DNA of 43,785 nucleotides from Planctomycetota bacterium (GCA_023150535.1 JAKLKS010000004.1:1-43785); one strand, 5' to 3'. Shown: positions 1 to 11,808, counted from the first letter of the stretch. Numbers and translations: made by a program. Notes: a model not told the origin generated them from the letters alone.

Positions 1-1
1 G

Positions 2-1126
2 GCGGACGCCCTCCGGGATCGGGATCCCCTCGTGCGCGAAGCCGCCGCGGCGGCCCTCGGGGCCACGGGCCATCGGGGCCAGGCTCCCGCCGTCGCGGCG
101 GCGCTCGCGCGGGAGGGGACGCCGGAGGTCGCCGGGGCGCTGCTGCGGGCGCTGGCGGCCCTCGACCCGGAGGGGGCGTCGAGGGAGGCGGCCCGGGTCC
201 TCGCCCGGGAGCGGGAGGGCCCCCCCTGCCTCGCCGCCCTCGCCCACCTCGGGAGGGTCGATCCCCCGGCCGCGGAGGCGGCTTCGGCGGGTCTCCTCCG
301 CCACCCGCGGTGGGAGGTGCGGCTCGCCGCGGCCGAGGCGCTCGCGGCGCTCGGCTCCGGTCCCCCGGCGGTGGAGGCGCTGCTGGCGGCGCTCCGGCGG
401 GAGAAGCGGCGGCGGGTGGGGGAGGGGATCGCCGCGGGGCTCGAGCGGCTGACCGGGGCCCCGCTCGGGGACGACCCGGACCGGTGGGAGGAGTGGTGGA
501 GGACCCGGAAGGGATCCTGGAAGCCCGCCGCCGACCCGGGGGCCCCGCCGCCCGGCCCCCGTCCCGCGGCGGGGGAATCGACGGCCCGCTTCTACGACAT
601 CCCCGTGGACGGGGACCGGGTCGCCTTCGTCATCGACACGAGCCGCTCCATGCTCGACCCGGCCCGCCTCGGGGAGGAGGCGACGAAGATGCAGGTGGCG
701 CTCGGGCAGGTCGCCCGGACCTTCGCCTCCCTCCGGGAGGACGTCTCCTTCAACGTGGTCGCCTTCGGGACCGTCGTCGAGGCGTGGAAGCCGCGGGCGG
801 TGCCGGCGGGGCCGTCGTCGAAGTACGAGGCGCTGCGCTTCCTCCAGAAGCGGCCGCTCGAGGGGCGGACGAACATCTTCGACGCTCTGGCGGCGGCCAT
901 GGCGGACGACGAGGTGGACACGATCTTCCTCCTCACCGACGGGGCCCCCACGGAGGGGGAGGAGACGGGACGGTCGGGGTTCCTCGCGGGGCTCGGCTGG
1001 CTGCGGCGCTGGCGGCCGGTGCGGGTCCACTGCGTGGAGGTGGGGGCGTCCAACACCGGGTCCCGCTGGAAGGGGTTCCTCGCCGAGGTGGCGGCCGCCT
1101 GCGGCGGGGTGCACGTGGCGAAATGA
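2..1126 (+). CDS. HEAT-repeat plus C-terminal von Willebrand factor A domain protein (5' truncated by window edge)
   Basis: Frame open from nt 2 (ADALRDRDPLVREAAAAALG); HEAT-like helices (HPRWEVRLAAAEAL); MIDAS motif DTSRS...T...LTDG. Confidence 0.8.
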   Translation, partial: ADALRDRDPLVREAAAAALGATGHRGQAPAVAAALAREGTPEVAGALLRALAALDPEGASREAARVLAREREGPPCLAALAHLGRVDPPAAEAASAGLLRHPRWEVRLAAAEALAALGSGPPAVEALLAALRREKRRRVGEGIAAGLERLTGAPLGDDPDRWEEWWRTRKGSWKPAADPGAPPPGPRPAAGESTARFYDIPVDGDRVAFVIDTSRSMLDPARLGEEATKMQVALGQVARTFASLREDVSFNVVAFGTVVEAWKPRAVPAGPSSKYEALRFLQKRPLEGRTNIFDALAAAMADDEVDTIFLLTDGAPTEGEETGRSGFLAGLGWLRRWRPVRVHCVEVGASNTGSRWKGFLAEVAAACGGVHVAK

Positions 1127-1172
1127 CCGTCGGTTGTCCCCGCCCCCCGGCCCCGCGCGGTAGGATGGCCCC

Positions 1173-1745
1173 GTGAGCACCGCCATGGACACCCCCGCCC
1201 GCACGACCCTGGAGGCCGGCGCCGGCCGCCCCTTCCGCTTCTCGCTGGTCCTGGAGGACGGGAGGGGGACCCTCCGCTCCTGGATCGGCGGGAAGTGGGC
1301 CTTCTTCGTGGGATCCGCCGGCGTCCTCCTCGCGACGGGGGCGGCCACCCTGGCGGCGGCCGTCGCCTCCTCCTCCCGCGAGGTGGAGACGCCGGCCTTC
1401 GCCTCCGTCGGCGCCGCCATCGGCGCCCTCCTCTCCGCCTGGCACCTCCGCCCCCGGAGCGTCCACTTCCTCCGCCGGGACGGCGGCTGGTGGTGGCGCG
1501 GGCCCGGCCTCTTCCGGCGCGGGTGGAAGGCGCTCACCGAGGAGTCCCCCCTCCGCCTCGAGCGGGAGATCCTCTCCACGGTGGAGGGCTTCGCCCTCTA
1601 CGCGGGCGACCTGCGGATCCTCTCCTACCTCGGCGACCCGGTCATCGGGCGGCGCGTGGGCCTCGCCTTCCAGGCCGCCGGCGTCCCCCTCCGGACGGTC
1701 CACCGCAGGCGGGCCCCGGCCGAGGATTCCGACCCCGCGTCTTGA
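1173..1745 (+). CDS. Hypothetical membrane protein (two predicted TM helices)
   Basis: Two hydrophobic segments; GTG start 6 nt after a TAGGAT -10-like hexamer; fills the gap between genes. Confidence 0.6.
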   Translation: MSTAMDTPARTTLEAGAGRPFRFSLVLEDGRGTLRSWIGGKWAFFVGSAGVLLATGAATLAAAVASSSREVETPAFASVGAAIGALLSAWHLRPRSVHFLRRDGGWWWRGPGLFRRGWKALTEESPLRLEREILSTVEGFALYAGDLRILSYLGDPVIGRRVGLAFQAAGVPLRTVHRRRAPAEDSDPAS

Positions 1746-1795
1746 CCGTCCCTTTACCGAAAGATCACGTCCTCCCCGCGGGACTCCCCTAGCCT
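1742..1795 (+). promoter_or_regulatory. Pho-box-like 11-bp direct repeats plus -10 of phoB
   Basis: TTGACC(1742), TTTACC(1753), ATCACG(1764) at 11-bp period; TAGCCT at 1790. Confidence 0.55.
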
Positions 1796-1801
1796 TCACG
1801 C

Positions 1802-2509
1802 ATGAAGCGACCCCGCATCCTCGTCGTCGAGGACGAGCCCGACCTGCAGGAGCTCGTCCGCCACAACCTCGCCCGCGAGCGCTACGACGTCGTCACCGCC
1901 GGGGACGGGGAGACCGCCCTCCGCGAGGCCCACCGGCGCATCCCCGACCTCGTCGTGCTCGACCTCATGCTCCCCGGCATCGACGGGCTCGAGGTCTGCC
2001 GGCGCCTGCGCACCGACCCCCGCACCTCCTCCGTCCCCATCGTCATGCTCACGGCCAAGGGGGAGGAGACGGACGCCGTCATCGGCCTCGCGCAGGGGGC
2101 GGACGACTACGTGCGCAAGCCCTTCGGCGTCAAGGAGCTGGTGGCCCGCGTCTCCGCCCGCCTCCGCGCCGCCGAGGTGCGCCGCACCGACGAGGGGCGG
2201 AAGGTCTCCCACTACGGGGACCTCACGGTGGACTCCCTCAAGCACGAGGTCACCGTGAAGGGGAGGGCCGTCGAGCTGACCGTGACGGAGTTCAAGCTCC
2301 TGCGCCACCTCGTCCTCAACCCGGGGCGCGCCTTCACCCGCAACGAGCTCCTCGACGCCGTCCTCGGCCCCGACGCCTTCGTCATCGACCGGAACGTGGA
2401 CGTCCACGTGGCGACCCTCCGCAGGAAGCTCGGCCCCTTCGGTAAGAACATCCAGACCATCCGCGGGCTCGGCTACAAGTTGCGCGAGGCGCCCGCGGGC
2501 GCCGTCTAG
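1802..2509 (+). CDS. phoB: Phosphate regulon response regulator (OmpR/PhoB family)
   Basis: Receiver VVEDE/LDLMLP/LTAK plus winged helix RNVDVHVATLRRKL...TIRGLGY; adjacent to phoR and pst genes. Confidence 0.9.
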   Translation: MKRPRILVVEDEPDLQELVRHNLARERYDVVTAGDGETALREAHRRIPDLVVLDLMLPGIDGLEVCRRLRTDPRTSSVPIVMLTAKGEETDAVIGLAQGADDYVRKPFGVKELVARVSARLRAAEVRRTDEGRKVSHYGDLTVDSLKHEVTVKGRAVELTVTEFKLLRHLVLNPGRAFTRNELLDAVLGPDAFVIDRNVDVHVATLRRKLGPFGKNIQTIRGLGYKLREAPAGAV

Positions 2510-2539
2510 TTCCGCAGGACCCCGGGAGGCGCGCACGGC

Positions 2540-4297
2540 GTGAAGGGCGGGACCCTCGGCGGGCGCATCTTCGGCGCCCTGGCCTGCGTCCTCGCCGCAC
2601 TCTTCGCCTTCGCCTGGTTCTGGGGCCAGGCGCGGATCCGCCAGAACCACCGGGTCCAGGTGGAGGCCCGGCTCGACGTCGCGGCCGACCTCCTGGAGCC
2701 GCGGGCGAGGACCTGGCTCCGGGGAGGCCTGCCCGTGGAGGAGATCCGGGCGCAGGTCGCCGATCTGCCCACCCGGGGGCGCCGGCGGGTCACCCTCGTC
2801 GCCCCCGACGGGGTCGTCCTCGCGGACAACGTGGCCCGGCTCCCCCTGGACAACCACGCGGGGAGGCCGGAGATCCAGGAGGCCGCCCGGACGGGGAGGG
2901 GCGCCTCCTCCCGCTTCAGCGATTCCACGGGGTTCGCCACCCTCTACGTCGCCCACCGGATCCTGGACGGGGAGGGGCTGGCGGGGTTCCTCCGGGTGTC
3001 GGAGCCCCTGGAGCAGGTGGAGCAGGAGCTGGAGTCCCATCGGAACACCCTCCTCCTCGGAGGCGCGGCCACGCTCCTCCTCGGGCTCCTCGCCTCCTGG
3101 GTCCTCTCGCTCCAGCTCTCCCGGCCCCTGGCGGAGATGGAGCGCACCGCCGCCGCCTTCGCCGACGGGGACCTCTCCGGGAGGGGGAACGCCTCGGGCC
3201 CGGCGGAGTTCACCCGGCTCGCCGTCTCCCTCAACCGGATGGCGGACCAGATCCGCAGCCGCATGATGGCCGAGGGGAGGGCCCGCGAGGAGCTCGAGTC
3301 GGTCCTCGCCGGCCTCGCCGAGGGGGTGGTCGCCGTGGATGCGCGGGAGGGGGTCCTCTTCATGAACGGGGCGGCCGCCCGGATCCTCGGGCTCCCCGCG
3401 CCCGTGGCCCCCGGGACGGGGCTCTGGGAAGCGGTCCGCTTCCCCGCCCTCGAGGAGCGGATCCGCGGCGCCCTCGGGGGGCGGGCGGATCCCCCGGGGG
3501 ACACCCCCTCCCCGGCCCGGGACGGGAGGCTGCTCGAGGTCTCCGCGAGGCCCCTGGAGGGGAAGCGCGGCGCCGTCGCGCTCCTCCGGGACGTCACGGA
3601 GGTGCGGAGGCTGGAGCGGATCCGGATGGACTTCGTGGCCAACGTCTCGCACGAGCTGCGGACCCCTCTCACGGGGGTCGTCGGGGCCATCGAGACCCTG
3701 GAGGACGCGGAGCTCGACGCCGCCGGACGTGCCCGGTTCCTCGACATCGCCCGCCGCAACGCCACCCGGCTGCAGGCGCTCGTCCGGGACCTCCTCGACC
3801 TCTCCTCCATCGAGGCCGAGGAGGCGGTCCTGCCCGTGGAGCCCGTCGCCGCCGACGGCCCCGCCCGCACGGCCGCCTCCTCCCTCGCGGACCTCGCCCG
3901 CAAGTGCGGGGTGGAGGTCGTCCTCGAGCCCCTGCCGGCCCCCGGGCTCCAGGTGGCGGGGAACGCCCGGCGCCTGGAGCAGGCCTTCGTGAACCTGCTC
4001 GAGAACGCGCTCAAGTACACGCCCGCGGGCGGGCGGGTGGCGGTGCGGGTCCGGGAGCGCGGCGGGGAGATCGCCGTGGAGGTCGAGGACACCGGCATCG
4101 GCATCCCCGCGGAGTCCCTGCCCCGCATCTTCGAGCGGTTCTACCGGGTGGACCCCTCCCGGTCGCGGGGGATGGGGGGGACCGGGCTCGGCCTCGCCAT
4201 CGTGAAGCACATCGCCCGCGCCCACCGGGGGAGGGTGGAGGTGCGGAGCGTCGAGGGGGCGGGGACGACCTTCACGGTCGTGCTGCCGCGGGCCTGA
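2540..4297 (+). CDS. phoR: Sensor histidine kinase (TM-periplasmic-TM-HAMP-PAS-HisKA-HATPase)
   Basis: DFVANVSHELRTPL H-box; NLLENALKY, DTGIGI, FERFYRVD, GGTGLGLAIVK. Confidence 0.9.
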   Translation: MKGGTLGGRIFGALACVLAALFAFAWFWGQARIRQNHRVQVEARLDVAADLLEPRARTWLRGGLPVEEIRAQVADLPTRGRRRVTLVAPDGVVLADNVARLPLDNHAGRPEIQEAARTGRGASSRFSDSTGFATLYVAHRILDGEGLAGFLRVSEPLEQVEQELESHRNTLLLGGAATLLLGLLASWVLSLQLSRPLAEMERTAAAFADGDLSGRGNASGPAEFTRLAVSLNRMADQIRSRMMAEGRAREELESVLAGLAEGVVAVDAREGVLFMNGAAARILGLPAPVAPGTGLWEAVRFPALEERIRGALGGRADPPGDTPSPARDGRLLEVSARPLEGKRGAVALLRDVTEVRRLERIRMDFVANVSHELRTPLTGVVGAIETLEDAELDAAGRARFLDIARRNATRLQALVRDLLDLSSIEAEEAVLPVEPVAADGPARTAASSLADLARKCGVEVVLEPLPAPGLQVAGNARRLEQAFVNLLENALKYTPAGGRVAVRVRERGGEIAVEVEDTGIGIPAESLPRIFERFYRVDPSRSRGMGGTGLGLAIVKHIARAHRGRVEVRSVEGAGTTFTVVLPRA

Positions 4298-4336
4298 GGC
4301 GGGGGCGGGGCGGCCGGCCCGACGCCCCGCCATCCC

Positions 4337-4379
4337 CTGACGCGGCCTTTACGGAGGGTTCACGAAGCGCGGCGACGAT
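4337..4379 (+). promoter_or_regulatory. Pho-box-like repeats upstream of pstB
   Basis: CTGACG(4337), TTTACG(4348), TTCACG(4359); GACGAT -10-like hexamer 9 nt later. Confidence 0.55.
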
Positions 4380-4388
4380 GGGATCTCC

Positions 4389-5264
4389 ATGCCCGCAGCC
4401 ACCCTCGTGAAGGAGAGAGCCCCGGTGGACACCGCCACCGCCGTCCGGACCCCGCCCGGTCCCCTTCCCCCCCCCGCCGCGGCCTCCGCGGAGGGCCCCG
4501 CGTCCGCGGAGACCCTCAAGATCGAGGTCCGGGGCCTCGACCTCTGGTACGGGGCCAAGCAGGCGCTCTTCGGGGTCGACCTCCGGGTGAGGGAGCGTTC
4601 CGCCACGGCCCTCATCGGACCCTCCGGCTGCGGGAAGTCCACGCTCCTGCGCTGCCTCAACCGGATGAACGACCTCGTGGAGGGGGTGCGGATCGCCGGG
4701 ACCATCTCCCTCGACGGCGAGGACATCCACCACCCCGAGAGCGAGGTCGAGGTCCTGCGCCGCCGCGTGGGCATGGTCTTCCAGAGGCAGAACCCGTTCC
4801 CCAAGTCGATCTTCGAGAACGTCGCCTTCGGCCTGAGGATGCGCGGGGAGCGCAACCCCACGGTGCTGGCCGAGGTCGTGGAGCGCTGCCTCCGGGGCGC
4901 CGCCCTCTGGGACGAGGTGAAGGACCGCCTGGACGCGAGCGCGCTCGGCCTCTCCGGCGGCCAGCAGCAGCGCCTCTGCATCGCCCGGGCCCTGGCGACG
5001 GAGCCCGAGGTCCTCCTCATGGACGAGCCCTGCTCGGCGCTCGACCCCATCAGCACGGGGAAGATCGAGGACCTCATCCACGAACTGAAGTCCCGCTACA
5101 CCATCGTCATCGTCACCCACAGCATGCAGCAGGCGGCGCGGGTGTCGGACAGGACGGCCGTGTTCATCCTCGGGAGGATGATCGAGGAGGGGCCGACGGA
5201 GACGATCTTCACCAACCCCTCCCGGAAGCAGACCGAGGACTACGTCACGGGGCGGTTCGGCTAG
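4389..5264 (+). CDS. pstB: Phosphate ABC transporter ATP-binding protein
   Basis: [56 protein letters not shown]. Confidence 0.95.
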   Translation: MPAATLVKERAPVDTATAVRTPPGPLPPPAAASAEGPASAETLKIEVRGLDLWYGAKQALFGVDLRVRERSATALIGPSGCGKSTLLRCLNRMNDLVEGVRIAGTISLDGEDIHHPESEVEVLRRRVGMVFQRQNPFPKSIFENVAFGLRMRGERNPTVLAEVVERCLRGAALWDEVKDRLDASALGLSGGQQQRLCIARALATEPEVLLMDEPCSALDPISTGKIEDLIHELKSRYTIVIVTHSMQQAARVSDRTAVFILGRMIEEGPTETIFTNPSRKQTEDYVTGRFG

Positions 5265-5268
5265 CCGA

Positions 5269-5322
5269 TTTACCGTCTCTTCACATGACCCGCGGCCCCG
5301 GTTGACCCCCATCCCCTAGTCT
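5269..5322 (+). promoter_or_regulatory. Pho-box-like repeats upstream of pstS
   Basis: TTTACC(5269), TTCACA(5280), TTGACC(5302) in 11-bp phase; TAGTCT 9 nt after the last repeat. Confidence 0.55.
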
Positions 5323-5392
5323 CCCCCCTGCGGCGCGGGCCGGAGGTGCTCCGGTTCCAGCGGCCGGGCAGGCAAGACACAGGAGGTGTCCC

Positions 5393-6370
5393 ATGAAGCA
5401 GACCAGGCTCGTCTCCGGCCTCGCGGTCCTGACCGCGGGCCTCTTCGCCGGCGCGGTGCTGGCGGACCAGGTGTCGGTGGACAAGGCGCTCCCCTCCTAC
5501 AAGCCGGTCGAGGGGGTGTCGGGGAACATCAAGAGCGTCGGCTCCGACACGATGAACAACGAGATGACCCTCTGGGCCGAGGGGTTCCGCAAGCACTACC
5601 CCAACGTCCAGGTCGAGATCGAGGGGAAGGGCTCCACCACCGCCCCCGTCGCCCTCATCGCCGGGACCGCCCAGTTCGGCCCCATGAGCCGCGACATGAA
5701 GGCGAAGGAGATCGACGACTTCGAGGCGAAGTTCGGCTACAAGCCCACGGGCATCGCCACGAGCCTCGACATGCTCGCGGTCTACGTCCACAAGGACAAC
5801 CCGATCAAGGGCCTCACCTTCCCCCAGGTCGACGCCATCTTCTCCAAGTCCCGCAAGGGCGGCCACGAGAAGGACGTCGTGAAGTGGGGGGACCTCGGCC
5901 TCACGGGAGAGTGGGCGGACAAGCCCATCAGCCTCTACGGCCGCAACTCGGCCTCCGGCACCTACGGCTACTTCAAGGAGCACGCCCTCTTCAAGGGGGA
6001 CTACAAGGATTCGGTGAAGGAGCAGGCCGGCTCCTCCGCGGTCGTCGGGGCCATCGCCAGCGACAAGTACGGGATCGGCTACAGCGGCATCGGGTACAAG
6101 ACCGCGGACGTCCTCGCCGTCCCGCTGGCCATGAAGGGCGACAAGTTCATCGCCGCCACCCCCGAGAACGCCTACACGGGCGAGTACCCGCTGGCCCGGT
6201 TCCTCTGGCTGTACGTCAACCACAAGCCGGGCTCCTCGATGGACCCCCTGCGCCGCGAGTTCATCCGCTACATCATGAGCCAGGAGGGGCAGCTGGACGT
6301 CGTCAAGGACGGCTACTTCCCGCTCACGGCCGACCTCGCGAAGGAGCAGTTGAGGAAGATCGGCCTCTAG
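5393..6370 (+). CDS. pstS: Phosphate-binding periplasmic protein
   Basis: Signal peptide; GSDT, GKGSTT, MSR, GRNSASGT, YPLAR; RBS AGGAGG. Confidence 0.95.
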   Translation: MKQTRLVSGLAVLTAGLFAGAVLADQVSVDKALPSYKPVEGVSGNIKSVGSDTMNNEMTLWAEGFRKHYPNVQVEIEGKGSTTAPVALIAGTAQFGPMSRDMKAKEIDDFEAKFGYKPTGIATSLDMLAVYVHKDNPIKGLTFPQVDAIFSKSRKGGHEKDVVKWGDLGLTGEWADKPISLYGRNSASGTYGYFKEHALFKGDYKDSVKEQAGSSAVVGAIASDKYGIGYSGIGYKTADVLAVPLAMKGDKFIAATPENAYTGEYPLARFLWLYVNHKPGSSMDPLRREFIRYIMSQEGQLDVVKDGYFPLTADLAKEQLRKIGL

Positions 6371-6524
6371 GCCGCACCCCTCCCGGCGCCGCGCCGGGGG
6401 GAGGCAGCGATACCGGGGGCGGCCCGCCCGGGGCGCCGCATGCGCCGCCGAGGGCCGCCCCTTCCCATCCAAGGGCACCGCGGGGGCGGCGTCGAGCCGG
6501 CCGGCCCCCCGGCAGGCGGGAGCC

Positions 6525-9116
6525 ATGGCGGATACCAGCTTCACCGGCCGATCCAGGAGGAGGCAGACCACCTGGCGGGTGGCGGCGGCCGACAGGGCGG
6601 CGCGCATCCTCATCACCCTGGGCGGCGCCGGGACCATCGTGGCCGTCATCCTCGTCTGCGTCTTCCTGGTCTCCGTGGTCATCCCCCTCTTCCTCCCCGC
6701 CGAGGTCCTCCCCGACGGGGAGGCCCCGCTGAAGGACGCCGGCCGCCCGTCCCCCGTCCTCCTCTGCAGGACCGACGAGTACAGGGTCCTCTCCTGGACC
6801 CTCCATGCCGACGGGGTCGTGGACCTCCGGCGGGTGGACACGGGGGAGCTCCTCGAGCGCCGCGATCCCTTCGAGGGCGTCCCTCCCTCCGCCTCGGCCT
6901 ACCTCCCCGGAGAGGGGCGGCTCGCCTTCGGGTTCCGGGACGGGACCGTGCGCTTCGGCCGGATCGGGTTCGCGACGACCTTCCTCCCCGACGAGGGCAT
7001 GCCCGACGCGCTGCGATCCCTCGAGCCCGGCGAGAGGACGGTGCACGAGGGGGGGATCGTCGAGAGGACGGCCGAGAAGCAGCTCCGCCGGCAGTCGCTC
7101 CGCACGGAACTCGAGGCCCCCTTCGATCTCGGGGAGGGCTCCCCGGTCCTCCTCGTGGACCTCACGGTCCGCGGCGGGAGCTTCCTGGTCGCCGCCCTGA
7201 CGGAGGACGGCGCCCTTCGCTTCCAGGAGGTGACGGCCCGCAAGAACCTCCTGACCGGGAAGGTCACCTGGACCACCTCGGGGGGGAAGGTGTCCCTGCC
7301 GGCGGAGCCGGCCCGGGGCCCGCCCACCCGCCTCGTCCTCTCCGGGATCGGCACCATCGCCTACGCGGCCTGGCCCGACGGGCGGATGCTCCGCTTCGAC
7401 GTCCGGGAGATCGAGAAGCCGGTCCTCGCCGAGACGGTGGACCTCCTCGGCGGGAGGGGCGGGCGGCTCGAGGTACTCGGGACCCTCATCGGGAAGACCT
7501 CCCTCGTCGCGGGGGACGCGACCGGCAGGATCGGCATCTGGTTCCCGGTCCGGCCCAGGGGGTCCGCCACGCCGGACGGGGCCGTCATGGCGGAGGCCCA
7601 CGTCCTCGAGGGGGCCGGCTCCCCCGTGACCGCGGTCTCCGCCTCGGAGCGCACGCGGCTCCTCGCCGCGGGATTCGGCGACGGGGCGGTGCGGCTCTTC
7701 CACATCACGAGCAACCAGGTCATCGGGGAGGGGGCGGCCCCCCGGGGCCCCGTGGAGGCCGTCGCCCTGACGCCCAAGGAGGACGGCATCGTGGCGGTGG
7801 CCGGGGGCTCCTTCCACCGCTGGGCGGTGCGGGCGCCCCACCCGGAGACCACCCTCGCCTCCATCTTCGGGAAGGTCTGGTACGAGGGGGACGTCGAGCC
7901 GACCCACTCCTGGCAGTCCACGGGAGGCACGGACGACTTCGAGCCCAAGTACGGGCTGGTGCCGCTCATCTTCGGGACCCTGAAGGCCACCTTCTACTCC
8001 ATGCTCATCGCCGTGCCGCTGGCCGTTCTCGGGGCGATCTTCACGACGGAGTTCCTGCACCCGAAGGTCCGGGCCCGCGTGAAGCCCACCATCGAGCTCA
8101 TGGCGAGCCTCCCGAGCGTGGTGCTCGGGTTCCTCGCCGCCCTCATCTTCGCCCCCTGGATCGAGGGGAGGGTGCCCACGGTGATCGCCTCCTTCGGGGC
8201 GATCCCCTTCGCCGTGCTCCTGGGGGCCTACTCCTGGCAGGCGCTGCCCCGGCCCCTCGCCCTGCGGATGGAGCGGTGGCGGCTCCTGTTCATCCTGGCG
8301 ACGCTCCCGGTCGGCGCGGGGCTCGCCTTCCTCGCGGGGCCCCTGGCGGAGGACGTCCTGTTCTCCGGCGACGTGAAGGGCTGGCTCGACGGCGCGAAGG
8401 GCGGCCCCGCGGGCGGCTGGTTCGTCCTCCTCCTCCCCTTCTCCGCGCTGGCCGTGATCGCCGCCAACGTGCGATGGGTGAACCCGAGGATCGCGGCGGC
8501 GGCCGCCTCCTGGGGCCGCGCGAGGGAGGCCCGCTTCGAGATGGTCCGGTTCCTGGCGGGCGTCGCGGCCTCCGTGGCCCTGTCCACCGCCGCGGCCCAG
8601 CTCCTGGGGGCCGCGGGGCTGGACCCGCGGGGCGGGTTCGTGGACACCTACGTCCAGCGCAACGCGCTCGTGGTCGGGGTCGTCATGGGCTTCGCCGTCA
8701 TCCCCATCATCTACACGCTCTCCGAGGACGCCCTGTCCTCGGTCCCCGAGCACCTCCGGGCGGCCTCGCTGGCGGTGGGCGCCACCCGCTGGCAGACCGC
8801 CGTGAACGTCATCCTCCCCACCGCCATGAGCGGGCTCTTCTCGGCCCTCATGATCGGGCTCGGGCGCGCGGTGGGGGAGACGATGGTGGTGCTCATGGCG
8901 GCGGGCAACACCCCGGTGCTGGAGTGGAACGTCTTCAACGGCTTCCGCACCCTCTCGGCCAACATCGCGGTGGAGCTTCCCGAGGCGGTGCAGGACTCCA
9001 CGACCTACCGGATGCTCTTCCTCGCCGCCCTCACCCTCTTCTCCATGACCTTCGTCGTCAACACCCTCGCCGAGTCGGTGCGCCAGCGGTTCCGCAAGAG
9101 GGCCTTCGAGCTTTGA
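6525..9116 (+). CDS. pstC: Phosphate ABC permease PstC, long form with large periplasmic beta-propeller-like domain
   Basis: [22 protein letters not shown] loop SEDALSSVP...[14 protein letters not shown]; WD40-like strands in the N-terminal half. Confidence 0.9.
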   Translation: MADTSFTGRSRRRQTTWRVAAADRAARILITLGGAGTIVAVILVCVFLVSVVIPLFLPAEVLPDGEAPLKDAGRPSPVLLCRTDEYRVLSWTLHADGVVDLRRVDTGELLERRDPFEGVPPSASAYLPGEGRLAFGFRDGTVRFGRIGFATTFLPDEGMPDALRSLEPGERTVHEGGIVERTAEKQLRRQSLRTELEAPFDLGEGSPVLLVDLTVRGGSFLVAALTEDGALRFQEVTARKNLLTGKVTWTTSGGKVSLPAEPARGPPTRLVLSGIGTIAYAAWPDGRMLRFDVREIEKPVLAETVDLLGGRGGRLEVLGTLIGKTSLVAGDATGRIGIWFPVRPRGSATPDGAVMAEAHVLEGAGSPVTAVSASERTRLLAAGFGDGAVRLFHITSNQVIGEGAAPRGPVEAVALTPKEDGIVAVAGGSFHRWAVRAPHPETTLASIFGKVWYEGDVEPTHSWQSTGGTDDFEPKYGLVPLIFGTLKATFYSMLIAVPLAVLGAIFTTEFLHPKVRARVKPTIELMASLPSVVLGFLAALIFAPWIEGRVPTVIASFGAIPFAVLLGAYSWQALPRPLALRMERWRLLFILATLPVGAGLAFLAGPLAEDVLFSGDVKGWLDGAKGGPAGGWFVLLLPFSALAVIAANVRWVNPRIAAAAASWGRAREARFEMVRFLAGVAASVALSTAAAQLLGAAGLDPRGGFVDTYVQRNALVVGVVMGFAVIPIIYTLSEDALSSVPEHLRAASLAVGATRWQTAVNVILPTAMSGLFSALMIGLGRAVGETMVVLMAAGNTPVLEWNVFNGFRTLSANIAVELPEAVQDSTTYRMLFLAALTLFSMTFVVNTLAESVRQRFRKRAFEL

Positions 9117-10897
9117 CCTCCCCCGCCGCCCCGCCCCGGCCCTCCACGCCTCCCGGCGCCCCCCCGGGCGGCTCCCCGGCCCCCCCCGCGGCCCCCCGGC
9201 GGAGCGGGGGAGGGGTCTCCATCCTCGCCTACGGGGAGCCCCAGATCTGGATCATGGGAGGGGCCCTCCTCGTCTGCCTGGCCATGATCGCGGGCCTCAT
9301 CGCCCTCATCCTCTGGCAGGGGTTCTCGACCTTCTGGCCGGAGCCGCTGGACCGCTTCACGCTCCGCGACGGCAGGGTGCTCCTCGGCGAGATCACCCGC
9401 GTGGACTCCTACAGCCCGCGGGACGAGGAGCTGCTCGACCTGCCGCCCCCCGCCCTCGCCGCCGCCCGGGAGCACCTCGCGGGGCGCGGGGGGGAGGATC
9501 GCCGGCGCCTTCTCCGCATCGGCAACTTCGAGCTCACGGGCGAGCACTTCGTCTGGGTGAGCGATCACCGCCTGGAGAAGGAGGATGCGCCGGAGTGGGC
9601 CGTGGAGTTCGAGCGGCTCACCTGGGGCCGGTTCTACGGCTTCCCGAAGGCCTTCCTCGAGGACGGGAAGGTGATCGCGTCGGGCCCGGAGGCGTCCTGG
9701 AAGGCCTTCCAGGAGAGGCACGCGGAGGCGCGGGCGCGCTGGCACGAGCGCCGGGACCTCGAGACCCACGACATCGGCCGCGTCAACCGGGTGATCGAGG
9801 AGGCCCGCCTCGACATCAGGCGCGCCGAGATCTCCCGGGGGCCCACCTCGCCGGCGAAGGCCGCCGCCGAGGAGGCCTTCGCCGCCGTCAAGGCCGCCAC
9901 CGACCGGGAGATCGAGGAAATCCGCGGGAGGATCGCCGCCATCGTGGCCGCCAACGCCCGGCACGTCCTCCGGGTGGAGACCTCCGACGGGAAGGAGAAG
10001 GACCTCGCCCTCGAGGAGATCGTCCGGGCCTTCCCGGCGAACAGGGTGGGCCCCGGGGAGAAGATCGCCATCTACCTGTCCCGGACCTGGGAGTTCCTCG
10101 TCGACGAGCCCCGGGAGGCCAACAGCGAGGGCGGCGTCTGGCCGGCCATCTTCGGGACCGTGACGATGACCCTGCTCATGTCGCTGGCGGTCGTGCCCTT
10201 CGGCGTCCTGGCGGCGCTGTACCTCCGGGAGTACGCCAGGGCCGGGCCCGTGGTGAGCGCGGTCCGGATCGCCGTGAACAACCTGGCCGGCGTGCCCTCC
10301 ATCGTGTTCGGGGTCTTCGGCCTCGGCTTCTTCTGCTACATCGTCGGCGGCGGCATCGACGGCCTGTTCTTCGAGGAGAGGCTCCCGAGCCCCACCTTCG
10401 GAACGGGGGGCATCTTCTGGGCCTCCCTGACGCTGGCCCTCCTGACCCTCCCCGTGGTGATCGTGGCGACGGAGGAGGCCCTCTCCGCGGTCCCCTCCTC
10501 CATGCGCGAGGGGTCCTACGCCTGCGGCGCCAGCAAGTGGCAGACGATCCGCCGCATCGTGCTTCCCCGCGCGATGCCGGGCATCCTGACGGGGATGATC
10601 CTCGCCATGGCCCGGGGCGCGGGCGAGGTGGCCCCCCTCATGGTGACGGGCGCCGTCAAGCTCGCCCCGGAACTGCCCGTGGACGGCGTCTTCCCCTTCG
10701 TGCACGCGCAGCGGAGCTTCATGCACCTCGGCTTCCACATCTACGACCTCGGGTTCCAGAGCCAGAACAGCGAGGCCGCCAAGCCCATGGTCTACACGAC
10801 CACCCTGCTGCTCATCCTCGTCATCCTCGCGCTCAACCTCGCGGCCGTCCTCATCCGGACCCGGCTCCGCAGGAAGTTCGAGGGGAGCCAGTTCTGA
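9113..10897 (+). CDS. pstA: Phosphate ABC permease PstA, long form with periplasmic domain
   Basis: TTG start overlapping the pstC stop (TTGA); [40 protein letters not shown]. Confidence 0.9.
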   Translation: MTSPAAPPRPSTPPGAPPGGSPAPPAAPRRSGGGVSILAYGEPQIWIMGGALLVCLAMIAGLIALILWQGFSTFWPEPLDRFTLRDGRVLLGEITRVDSYSPRDEELLDLPPPALAAAREHLAGRGGEDRRRLLRIGNFELTGEHFVWVSDHRLEKEDAPEWAVEFERLTWGRFYGFPKAFLEDGKVIASGPEASWKAFQERHAEARARWHERRDLETHDIGRVNRVIEEARLDIRRAEISRGPTSPAKAAAEEAFAAVKAATDREIEEIRGRIAAIVAANARHVLRVETSDGKEKDLALEEIVRAFPANRVGPGEKIAIYLSRTWEFLVDEPREANSEGGVWPAIFGTVTMTLLMSLAVVPFGVLAALYLREYARAGPVVSAVRIAVNNLAGVPSIVFGVFGLGFFCYIVGGGIDGLFFEERLPSPTFGTGGIFWASLTLALLTLPVVIVATEEALSAVPSSMREGSYACGASKWQTIRRIVLPRAMPGILTGMILAMARGAGEVAPLMVTGAVKLAPELPVDGVFPFVHAQRSFMHLGFHIYDLGFQSQNSEAAKPMVYTTTLLLILVILALNLAAVLIRTRLRRKFEGSQF

Positions 10898-11808
10898 TGG
10901 AGGGACCGGGGCTCCGTCCGCCGGAGGCGAAGGGCGCGGGACAGGCCGCGGACCGGGGCATCTCGTCCTCGGGGGCCCGGGAGGGCGGGCGGCTCGACCG
11001 CATCCAGAAGGGCGAGTGGGTGGGCACGGAGTGCTCCCTCGAGTTCCCCGCCGCGGAGCTGGTCCTCGACGTGAGGAAGTTCAACCTCTGGTACGGGGCC
11101 AAGCACGCGCTGAAGGACGTCTCCCTCGCCATGCCCCGGGGGAAGGTGACCTCCTTCATCGGACCCTCGGGCTGCGGGAAGTCCACGCTCCTGAGGTCCA
11201 TCAACCGGATGAACGACCTCGTGGACTCCGTCCGCACGGAGGGGGAGATCCTCCTGAACGGGGACCCCATCTTCCACAGCTCCGTGGACGTCATCGAGCT
11301 CCGGAAGCGGATGGGCATGGTCTTCCAGAAGTCCAACCCCTTCCCCATGAGCGTCTACGAGAACGTGATCTACCCCCTGAGGATCGACGGGGAGCGGAAC
11401 AAGGCCGTGCTCGACGAGGTCTGCGAGAGGAGCCTCCGCGGTGCGGCCCTCTGGGAGGAGGTCAAGGACCGCCTCGATGAGAGCGCGCTGCGGATGTCCG
11501 GGGGCCAGCAGCAGCGCCTCTGCATCGCGCGCGCCATCGCGGCGGAGCCCGAGGTGCTCCTCATGGACGAGCCCTGCTCGGCGCTCGACCCCATCGCCAC
11601 GGGGAAGATCGAGGACCTCATCACCGAGCTCAAGGGCACCTACACCATCGTGATCGTCACGCACAACATGCAGCAGGCGTCCCGGGTCAGCGACTACACG
11701 GCCTTCATGTACCTGGGGCAGCTCGTCGAGTTCGGGGCGACGACGGAGATGTTCACGCGCCCCTCGCTGCGGGAGACGGAGGACTACGTCACGGGGAGGT
11801 TCGGCTAG
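10897..11808 (+). CDS. pstB: Phosphate ABC transporter ATP-binding protein
   Basis: ATG overlapping the pstA stop (TGATG); [33 protein letters not shown]. Confidence 0.93.
   Translation: MEGPGLRPPEAKGAGQAADRGISSSGAREGGRLDRIQKGEWVGTECSLEFPAAELVLDVRKFNLWYGAKHALKDVSLAMPRGKVTSFIGPSGCGKSTLLRSINRMNDLVDSVRTEGEILLNGDPIFHSSVDVIELRKRMGMVFQKSNPFPMSVYENVIYPLRIDGERNKAVLDEVCERSLRGAALWEEVKDRLDESALRMSGGQQQRLCIARAIAAEPEVLLMDEPCSALDPIATGKIEDLITELKGTYTIVIVTHNMQQASRVSDYTAFMYLGQLVEFGATTEMFTRPSLRETEDYVTGRFG

Noticed and set aside
6440-9112. Apparent 1485-aa PstA fusion
   Set aside because: The N-terminal part is an off-frame overlap of pstC; the real start is the TTG at 9113
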